A stretch of DNA of 63,544 nt, the filler included, from Candidatus Woesearchaeota archaeon (lineage in GTDB: Archaea; Nanobdellota; Nanobdellia; Pacearchaeales; UBA284), in assembly GCA_964354405.1 (NCBI GenBank). It is 6 parts of 5 records of this genome, joined end to end, with 100 filler letters (N's around TTAATTAATTAA, not from the genome) between each part and the next. Parts side by side here need not be neighbours in the genome. Positions count along the whole stretch, not along the records: positions 51,402 to 60,565 come from CAYGZP010000007.1; positions 60,666 to 63,544 come from CAYGZP010000017.1; 4 more parts are not named here. One strand, given 5' to 3'. The position numbers were made by a program, and so were the translations under genes. Positions 56,819-63,544 of this stretch are shown here, piece by piece (the stretch's first letter is position 1; each line of letters opens with the position of its first letter). Under the pieces are notes generated by a model, which was not told the DNA's origin, did no database searches, and saw only the letters and a list, made by a program, of their open reading frames with translations.

Positions 56819-57961
56819 ATGAAAAAAGAGAAAGTGAGAGAGAGAATGAAAGTTACGCCATGGGAAGTTTCTGGCAAAATAGATTACGAGAAACTTAGAA
56901 AAGAATTCGGGATTGAGGAAATGCCAAAACTGCCAGAAGTGTTTAATAAGGATGTTTTGTTTAGGAGGAAAATCATTTTTGCTAGTCGTGACTTTAACAG
57001 AATTCTTGATTCAATAAAAAACAAGAAAAAATTTGTGATGATGACTGGCTTGATGCCTTCTGGAAAGTTCCATTTAGGCCACATGCTCTTAGCTCAACAA
57101 ATGATTTTCTATCAGTCTTTAGGGGCCAAGCTCTATATTGCAGTAGCAGACTTGGAAGCTTATGGAACAAGAATTGGAGATTTGAATGAATTGTATAAAA
57201 CTGCAATTGAGGAATATCTTTTGAACTACATTGCCCTTGGCCTAAAACCTGAGAATTGCGATTTTTATTTTCAAAGTAAAAGGTCGGATAATGCAAACAA
57301 GGCAAGTGCTTATTATAAACTCGCTGGCATGTTCTCAAGACACGCTACTTTTAATGAGTTCAAAGCAGTTTATGGTGAGATAACTCCTACCAAGATGTTT
57401 GCTTCTTTGTTACAGGCTTCTGATATGTATCATCCTCAGCTTTCTGAATTTGAAGGAAACCCCCTGCCAACATTAATTCCTGTCGGGCCTGACCAAGATC
57501 CCCATATAAGAATTGCAAGAGACATGGCAGGAAGAATAAAAAATTTCAAGTTTATTCCGATAAGCTCGACTTATCATATTTTTATGCCTGGTCTCAAGGG
57601 CGTTGAGACAAAAATGTCTTCAAGCGACCCCTTTTCATACATTGCTTTGACTGACACTCCTGAAAAAGTCAAGGAAAAAATAATCAAGCATGCTTTTAGC
57701 GGCGGGCAAGGCAATTTAGCAGAGCATCGTAAATTAGGGGGCAATCCTGATGTTGACATTGCTTATCAATATTTGAGAATGTTTTTCGAGCCAGATGATA
57801 AAAAGCTAAAGAAGATTTACGATGACTACAAGTCAGGCAAACTTTTGACGAGCGAATTAAAACAATATCTTATTGATAAGATTAATGCTTTTCTCAAAGA
57901 ACATCAAAAAAGGCGAGAGCTTGCAAGAAAACAAGTTGATAGATTTATTTTCAAGCCCTAA
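56819..57961 (+). CDS. trpS: Tryptophanyl-tRNA synthetase (archaeal type)
   Basis: VTPWEV, HLGH, DQDPH, KMSSS and AFSGG motifs. Confidence 0.95.
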   Translation: MKKEKVRERMKVTPWEVSGKIDYEKLRKEFGIEEMPKLPEVFNKDVLFRRKIIFASRDFNRILDSIKNKKKFVMMTGLMPSGKFHLGHMLLAQQMIFYQSLGAKLYIAVADLEAYGTRIGDLNELYKTAIEEYLLNYIALGLKPENCDFYFQSKRSDNANKASAYYKLAGMFSRHATFNEFKAVYGEITPTKMFASLLQASDMYHPQLSEFEGNPLPTLIPVGPDQDPHIRIARDMAGRIKNFKFIPISSTYHIFMPGLKGVETKMSSSDPFSYIALTDTPEKVKEKIIKHAFSGGQGNLAEHRKLGGNPDVDIAYQYLRMFFEPDDKKLKKIYDDYKSGKLLTSELKQYLIDKINAFLKEHQKRRELARKQVDRFIFKP

Positions 57962-58401
57962 ACCCCAACTTTAACTTGAATCATGCTATTAATTTTAGAT
58001 TCGACTGATTGAGTTCTTGGTTGGATCATTGTCCGAATTTTTTCTTTTGTTTCTGCTATGTAAGATTTGTATTTCTTAATATTGTCTTGGCATCTCTTCT
58101 TGTTGTTTGGATTTGGCAAATATCTTTTTTCATAGCGCGCAATAGCTTTTTCCTCTTCTCCAATGCCAATTTCATAAGCCCTGAGTTTTAAATCCAGAAA
58201 TTTCTGATAAATCTCATGTTCCCCAAGGTTATTACCTTTTCCATTGCCGTTCCCATTTCCCCCAATATGATATTTTCCCAAGAGGTTTAATTTCATTAAA
58301 GAAATGGCATAACATCTTTCGTCAAGCCATTTGTCCACTAAGTTTAATGACTCTGTTAAGCTCATGCTTCCTACATCTAACTCTAACCCTTCGCCTTCCA
58401 T
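57958..58401 (-). CDS. Hypothetical protein
   Basis: 147-aa ORF with an upstream TATA box. Confidence 0.6.
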   Translation of the reverse strand: MEGEGLELDVGSMSLTESLNLVDKWLDERCYAISLMKLNLLGKYHIGGNGNGNGKGNNLGEHEIYQKFLDLKLRAYEIGIGEEEKAIARYEKRYLPNPNNKKRCQDNIKKYKSYIAETKEKIRTMIQPRTQSVESKINSMIQVKVGV

Positions 58402-58448
58402 TTTCTTATATATAGCCTTTTATTTATAAAAATTAGTGTGGTGAAATG

Positions 58449-59000
58449 TTATTTTGTAATTTCTAAGACTGCTTTTAGTATGCTAGGATATTTTTTATCA
58501 TCAAAATGTCCTTTATTATGAACAATAATCACCTTGGCATTTAATCTTTTTCTGAAAAGTTTAGAATCACTTAAAGGCACAACAGGGTCATCATCTGAGA
58601 AAATTGTAATAATTTTATTAGTGTGAGTTAGCACTTTTTTGTAATTGATTGTAGTTTCAAGCCATGGTTTTGCTATTGGTTTTTCTTCTGGCCCCAAATT
58701 TTTAAGATGGAACCATGGGGCTGTGAAAACTATTCCTCCAATTTTCCCATTTGCCGTTTCTAAATACCTTAAAACTGCTTGACAACCTATTGAATGAGCA
58801 ACAAAATAAGTGTTTTTGTTTAGTTTTTGGGTTTGTTTTTTCAAAAAAGGGACCCATTTCTCTACTTTAGGCTCGTCGGTGTTTGGCATTGCTGGAGCTT
58901 TGACTTTAAAACCCCTTTTCTTTAACTCTTTCTTCAGCCAGGTAAACCAGTTTGCTTTTGGATTTCCGCCCCAGCCATGAACAAGAATTATTTTTTTCAT
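58449..59000 (-). CDS. RBBP9/YdeN family alpha/beta hydrolase
   Basis: HGWGG...NWF.WL, AHSIG, SDDDP.V and GHF motifs. Confidence 0.88.
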   Translation of the reverse strand: MKKIILVHGWGGNPKANWFTWLKKELKKRGFKVKAPAMPNTDEPKVEKWVPFLKKQTQKLNKNTYFVAHSIGCQAVLRYLETANGKIGGIVFTAPWFHLKNLGPEEKPIAKPWLETTINYKKVLTHTNKIITIFSDDDPVVPLSDSKLFRKRLNAKVIIVHNKGHFDDKKYPSILKAVLEITK

Positions 59001-59002
59001 TT

Positions 59003-59590
59003 TCAAGCTAGAGAATCTTTTATTTCTGTTATATCATGGAAATAAAAATTATCTTCTGTATCATAAGACCATTCCAATACAACGTTTTTATAAGGGATTT
59101 TTTTCGCATAACCTAAAAGACTTGCCCTTTCTTCATCAGACAATAAGTTTTTGTTTCCGCTAATCTCCAACCCACCAACAAAAATTTTATCATCATACAT
59201 AGGATATTGATAATGTACATCAACCCTTTTGCCATCAGCTAAATCTCTCACAAATCCTTCAACAGCTTCAATTATCAAGCTATATTCCAGAAGCATCAAA
59301 TTTCCAGATTTTTTAAATCTCCAGGCGGGATAAACTACAAAAATACCTCCACCTTCTAATTTTTTCTGAAATTTTTTGATTATCTCTGGGATTTCTTCTG
59401 CTCTAACATAAGCCGCAAAGGGCAATGCAAGTTCATTTTTCCCCGTTCCATTAGATAAGCAACTTCTTATGCACCAGCCACAAGTTGTTTTTTTATTTAA
59501 ATTTAATTCTTCCGCTTTTTTAACAATCTGCCACTTCTTATGTGGCAATCCTAATTCTTCTAATTTTAATATTCCTTCCAATTTATTCAT
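59003..59590 (-). CDS. Hypothetical protein (possibly ATP-grasp-like)
   Basis: 195-aa ORF; IRS...IEAV.G...LEWS...FYF.D pattern. Confidence 0.55.
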   Translation of the reverse strand: MNKLEGILKLEELGLPHKKWQIVKKAEELNLNKKTTCGWCIRSCLSNGTGKNELALPFAAYVRAEEIPEIIKKFQKKLEGGGIFVVYPAWRFKKSGNLMLLEYSLIIEAVEGFVRDLADGKRVDVHYQYPMYDDKIFVGGLEISGNKNLLSDEERASLLGYAKKIPYKNVVLEWSYDTEDNFYFHDITEIKDSLA

Positions 59591-60432
59591 TTTAAATATC
59601 CTATTTTTATAAGCTGTTTAAGCATAAATCTCGCACCTAAATCTTGGCTATCTTTGAATTCACTTATTAAAGTTGGTTGCATTTTGAATTCCTTTATAAG
59701 TTCTGCAAAAGGTTCAAAACGAGGCAAAGCTTTTTTATCCTTAAAAGGGGCATGAACTTTTTCCCCCTTATTTCCATAATAAATAGGGCAAAAATGGCAA
59801 TGTAAATTCTTAAGATAATTTTTTCCCAATTCTTTTTCAATTTTTTCTAAAATTATCCTGAAATCTCCTTTATTTTTTAAACTTCCAAATGTTCTCGCAT
59901 GCACATGTGCAAAATCAATACAAGGTATACAATCGGTATTCTTACATATTTCAAGTATATCTTCGACTGAACCTAATTGTGAAGTCTTGCCCATCGTTTC
60001 AAGAGCTATTTTTGTCCTATAACCAATTTGTTGAGCTATTCTATTTATTTTATTTAAATTTCCAATAATTTTTTGCATAGGTTCCTTAGTATTTATGAAT
60101 CCTGGATGCAATACAGCAATCTTTGAATGCATCAAGTCAGCCAATTTAAGGGTTTTAAGCATCTCTTTAATCGAATTTTGAATTACTTTCTTTTTATCGC
60201 TTGTTAGAACAACATAATATGGTGAATGAACGCTCAACTGAACATCGAACTTTCTTGCATTTTCCCCCATTTGAATAGCTTTTTGTTCGGGCATTCTCGC
60301 GCCATATGTGAACATTATCTCTAATGCATTCAAACCAATAGAGCTTATCCATTCTGGGCCATTCAATCTATCCTTTCCAAATTTTGAAGCAAAAAAATTA
60401 GGGGGATATCCCGATGTTCCTATTCTTGTCAT
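59587..60432 (-). CDS. nfo: Endonuclease IV (AP endonuclease family 2)
   Basis: H.PYY, HPG, ETMGK..QLG, DFAH.HAR, H.H and GEK.H motifs; ATG 60432. Confidence 0.88.
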   Translation of the reverse strand: MTRIGTSGYPPNFFASKFGKDRLNGPEWISSIGLNALEIMFTYGARMPEQKAIQMGENARKFDVQLSVHSPYYVVLTSDKKKVIQNSIKEMLKTLKLADLMHSKIAVLHPGFINTKEPMQKIIGNLNKINRIAQQIGYRTKIALETMGKTSQLGSVEDILEICKNTDCIPCIDFAHVHARTFGSLKNKGDFRIILEKIEKELGKNYLKNLHCHFCPIYYGNKGEKVHAPFKDKKALPRFEPFAELIKEFKMQPTLISEFKDSQDLGARFMLKQLIKIGYLK

Positions 60433-60441
60433 TTTGAAACA

Positions 60442-60517
60442 TGGCCCCGACGGGATTTGAACCCGCGACACCTTGCTTAAAAGGCAAGTGCTCTAAACCA
60501 GGCTGAGCTACGGGACC
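60442..60517 (-). tRNA. tRNA-Lys(UUU)
   Basis: GGTCCCGTAGCTCAGCCTGGTTTAGAGCACTTGC-CTTTTAA-GCAAGGTGTCGCGGGTTCAAATCCCGTCGGGGCCA folds as a cloverleaf; TATA box at 60541-60548. Confidence 0.96.
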
Positions 60518-60565
60518 TTGAAATAACTATATAAAAAAGATTTATAAAGTTTCTTAATTTATTGT

Positions 60566-60665
60566 NNNNNNNNNNNNNNNNNNNNNNNNNNNNNNNNNNN
60601 NNNNNNNNNTTAATTAATTAANNNNNNNNNNNNNNNNNNNNNNNNNNNNNNNNNNNNNNNNNNNN
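60566..60665. other. Artificial contig linker
   Basis: N44-TTAATTAATTAA-N44. Confidence 0.99.
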
Positions 60666-60814
60666 CAACGTTAAACAAAATGTAATTTAATTGTAATATG
60701 TTCAATAATGCATTGATTAATATCCCCACCCTAACGAATTAAGTATAATTCCCACCCATATATATAAAAGAACACATTGTAATTAAACAATGTGTCCTTT
60801 AACGTACACACTTA

Positions 60815-61222
60815 TTAAGCCATAAGCTCAGTAAGTAGTGCATCTGTAACAGGTGCTGTAGCAAGGTGTTCGTAACGCTTAATCTTTGCTTTGTGTTCAG
60901 CTCTACGTTCTGTTTGTTGGAAGCTAACAAAGCTGTCAAATGCTAATGTGTCAACTGTTTCAATGGTGTCTACGCCATTACTGTCAACTGTTGTTATTTC
61001 ACGTGAACCTTGTGTAAGTTTAACGCTATCAACATTACCGTTGTTGAATGCAGCCACAAATGGACTGTCATTATCAACCGTGAACACTTTACCGTCATAC
61101 TTAAAACGTGAGAAGGTTTTACCGTCCTTACCTTTCTGTGTAGTAGCCTTGTATTTATTATTAGTATCAATAATACTAATTTCATCTACAAGGGTGTCTG
61201 TTAATTTAATTGGCTGTGCCAT
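60815..61222 (-). CDS. Hypothetical phage protein
   Basis: 135-aa ORF. Confidence 0.7.
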   Translation of the reverse strand: MAQPIKLTDTLVDEISIIDTNNKYKATTQKGKDGKTFSRFKYDGKVFTVDNDSPFVAAFNNGNVDSVKLTQGSREITTVDSNGVDTIETVDTLAFDSFVSFQQTERRAEHKAKIKRYEHLATAPVTDALLTELMA

Positions 61223-61484
61223 AAGATTTGATTGCAGTGTTTAATGGTGTCGCAAGCACCTTATAATGTGAATAGCAGGTGGGAATAGCCCCAACCGCCC
61301 AAACTCTACACGGGGTCTTGGTATGGAGTAACCTCCTCTCTTATATATATGGAGGGGGGTGTGTCTAAAATAGGGGGGTGTATATAAAATTTTTTTTGTG
61401 AAGAGTTTTCCACGTGGAACGTTGTCAAAGCATAGCTTTCCTCCAGGGGGTGTGTATTCATTTTATAGTTTTACAAAAAATAAA

Positions 61485-61517
61485 TTTGGTTGTTTCAAAA
61501 AAAGATTCCTACCTTTG
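61485..61517 (+). promoter_or_regulatory. Bacteroidota-type primary sigma promoter
   Basis: TTTG ... TACCTTTG (TAnnTTTG -7 box). Confidence 0.6.
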
Positions 61518-61591
61518 GGGTGGATGGGTGGGGAAGGATGTGTATATTCCTTTATATATGAATATTATTTTTTTAATTTAAATGGTTTATT

Positions 61592-61831
61592 ATGATTTTG
61601 TTTATTATTATTGTTGTGATTTTATTGGTTATGGCTGTATGGTGTGGAATGGAGAATGTTATAGATGGTTCTTTTCATATAGAGCTTAGAGCTTTTTCTC
61701 TTCCATATTATGAGTTGGGTATTTCTTTTAGAGAACATCCTACACTGGATGAAGACTATATGGAACAAGAATTGATTATAGGATTGTTTTTTATTAATTT
61801 GGTGGCAACCTTTTATAAGCAAAATAGTTAG
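61592..61831 (+). CDS. Small membrane protein
   Basis: Hydrophobic N-terminus. Confidence 0.6.
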   Translation: MILFIIIVVILLVMAVWCGMENVIDGSFHIELRAFSLPYYELGISFREHPTLDEDYMEQELIIGLFFINLVATFYKQNS

Positions 61832-61869
61832 AATTGATGGATAATATAGCAATAAGTTAAATAATTGTA

Positions 61870-61899
61870 TTTGATGTTGTAATATTATTCGTATCTTTG
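61870..61899 (+). promoter_or_regulatory. Bacteroidota-type primary sigma promoter
   Basis: TTTG-N18-TATCTTTG upstream of ATG 61916. Confidence 0.65.
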
Positions 61900-61915
61900 T
61901 ATTAATAATTAAATA

Positions 61916-62272
61916 ATGGAACCAAGAAAAAGGATTGTACAGAGTATTAAAAGAGTGGAGGAAGATGATTTTTCTCTAGCTGAACGATATTATTCTATTA
62001 TATCTATTATAAATAATTTAAAACTGACACAGAGGGAAATACAATTAGTGGCATTTACATCCATTAAAGGAAATATATCATATGCTAATAATATGAAAGA
62101 ATTCTGTGAAAAGTATAAATCCACTTCGCATACAATATATAATATTATTTCTAAATTGAAAAAGATAGGAGTGTTAATAAAAGATGGTACAAAAATAAAA
62201 ACAAACCCTGCCATATGTCTTTCTTTTAATAATGACATTACATTAGAAATAAAACTAATATATAATGGATAA
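61916..62272 (+). CDS. Winged-helix DNA-binding protein
   Basis: LTQREIQLV...TIYNIISKLKKIGVLIK...NP. Confidence 0.65.
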   Translation: MEPRKRIVQSIKRVEEDDFSLAERYYSIISIINNLKLTQREIQLVAFTSIKGNISYANNMKEFCEKYKSTSHTIYNIISKLKKIGVLIKDGTKIKTNPAICLSFNNDITLEIKLIYNG

Positions 62273-62654
62273 ACCAATATCTCTTTCTGTAAAAGATTTT
62301 ATTATAAGGAAGATGGCTGTAAAGCTGATGATGTCAGAAAAGACAATTGATGATGTTATTAATCATCAGTTTAATTCAGCAAACGAAGCTCTTAAATATA
62401 ATAACAGTGTTGAAATTTCTGGGTTTGGAAAGTTTTTGTTTAACCAAAAGAAGGCAATAAAAAGACTTAATGTCCTACTGTCTAAAGAAGAATTATATAA
62501 TAGTGTTATATTAACATGCACTACGGAAGAAAGGAAAGCATCAATACAATTGAAACTAAATACTATTAAAATAGAGATTGAAATATTAAAAACAAGAACC
62601 AATGAAGATGTTTCAAATTTACGAGGGGTGGAGGAACAAGTTGTTGCCTCCTAA
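62265..62654 (+). CDS. HU/IHF-like DNA-binding protein
   Basis: AL....SVEISGFGKF motif. Confidence 0.75.
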   Translation: MDKPISLSVKDFIIRKMAVKLMMSEKTIDDVINHQFNSANEALKYNNSVEISGFGKFLFNQKKAIKRLNVLLSKEELYNSVILTCTTEERKASIQLKLNTIKIEIEILKTRTNEDVSNLRGVEEQVVAS

Positions 62655-62889
62655 AGAATTAGAAGAGCAAATAAATATAGTGAGTGCCGAAAGAATGCAG
62701 ATATGTAATAAATGTCCTTTGCATTCAAAACATCATAAGTCGATACGTTTAGATAGTCATTGTACAGAATGTGGATGCACTCTGTCAGCTAAAACAAAAT
62801 GTTTATCTTGTGCTTGTCCATTAAATAAATGGACTGCAATGTTAACAGAAAAAAAAGAAGAATCATGGAAAAAAAAGGGAAAGAAGTGA
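62602..62889 (+). CDS. Cys-rich zinc-binding phage protein
   Basis: R..IC..C...C..CGC.L.AKT......CP..KW. Confidence 0.7.
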   Translation: MKMFQIYEGWRNKLLPPKELEEQINIVSAERMQICNKCPLHSKHHKSIRLDSHCTECGCTLSAKTKCLSCACPLNKWTAMLTEKKEESWKKKGKK

Positions 62890-63113
62890 AGCTTTTAAAA
62901 GTTCCAATCAATAGTCTTATAGAGATATTAACTGATTTATATAATCAAGGGGTAGACTATGTTGATATTATAGGAATACATAATGTTGAACAAGACACCT
63001 TGGGAATTCGTTACAATCAAAATTATTTAACACCACAATCAGATGATGAAATAATGTCTTCTGATTTATTTTTAAACCCACTGTCTGATGAAGACATAAA
63101 CCAAATAATATGA
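62865..63113 (+). CDS. Hypothetical phage protein
   Basis: LIEILTDLYNQGVDYVDI...LSDEDINQII. Confidence 0.6.
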   Translation: MEKKGKEVKLLKVPINSLIEILTDLYNQGVDYVDIIGIHNVEQDTLGIRYNQNYLTPQSDDEIMSSDLFLNPLSDEDINQII

Positions 63114-63292
63114 ACCCATCTGTAGAAGCATTTATTGTTATTGAAAAATTAGCAACATTGTGTGCCACGCCAGGAATATCTGAAGACGTACAAAGTGCAG
63201 CAAATGAACAAATACAATTATTATTAAAGAATATAATTGCTCCTGGTTTAGTTAAACTAACAGCTTCTTCTTCAGGTATAATAATTAAATAA
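63110..63292 (+). CDS. Hypothetical phage protein
   Basis: ATGA-coupled 60-aa ORF. Confidence 0.6.
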   Translation: MNPSVEAFIVIEKLATLCATPGISEDVQSAANEQIQLLLKNIIAPGLVKLTASSSGIIIK

Positions 63293-63295
63293 AAT

Positions 63296-63544
63296 ATGAA
63301 AAAAAACGAATACAATCAGATTATTTCTATACTTTACGATTTACATATTGCCTATCCACATTATAATATAGGTAGACATTTAGCAACAGCGTTTGATGGA
63401 TATGGAGATATATGGGGAATAACAGATAAAGAAATGTTGTTTTCTCTTACGAAGTATAAGTCTGAACTAGATATGGATTTTCCTCATATAGATGAAAAAG
63501 AAATTGAGAATATTATAAAGGATGGTATGGACCTTGCTAATATA
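63296..63544 (+). CDS. Hypothetical phage protein (3' truncated)
   Basis: MKKNEYNQIISILYDLHIAYPHYNIGRHLATAFDGY..., open to the window end. Confidence 0.6.
   Translation, partial: MKKNEYNQIISILYDLHIAYPHYNIGRHLATAFDGYGDIWGITDKEMLFSLTKYKSELDMDFPHIDEKEIENIIKDGMDLANI

Noticed and set aside
60666..63544. Alternative genetic code as in some crAss-like phages
   Set aside because: Genes tile densely in the standard code; no interrupted frames seen.

Overview
This window is not one continuous locus. It contains six contigs joined by 100-nt artificial linkers (N44-TTAATTAATTAA-N44). Contigs A (1-2610), D (30753-51301) and E (51402-60565) look like a DPANN archaeon (Pacearchaeota/Woesearchaeota-like). 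They carry TATA promoters, PolX, an MFS transporter, endonucleases V and IV, archease-RtcB, proteasome beta, aCPSF1, TrpRS, tRNA-Lys(UUU) and giant Cys-rich or beta-helix surface proteins. Contigs B (2711-11375) and C (11476-30652) are two pieces of a podovirus-like bacteriophage, with tail and ejection genes, dCMP deaminase, an SF2 helicase, SSB, a Cas4-like nuclease and a 2137-aa virion protein. Contig F (60666-63544) is a different phage with Bacteroidota-type promoters. The strongest signals not shown by the ORF track are: (1) a 16-bp palindrome TTATCG-KWWM-CGATAA, found 11 times exactly and 3 times with one mismatch across phage contigs B and C, in all three reading frames and at gene junctions, plus a cluster of three 8-bp-spaced variants in the main non-coding region; (2) a complete type II hammerhead ribozyme with a pseudoknot; (3) a candidate ~500-nt structured RNA between a promoter and a terminator, with an attenuator-like 5' hairpin; (4) a ~115-nt archaeal structured RNA with its own TATA promoter; (5) a lytic transglycosylase in an archaeon; (6) an NYN RNase cassette with a 5' hairpin, lying between duplicated gene starts. 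All product calls come from motif recognition by eye; no database search was run.
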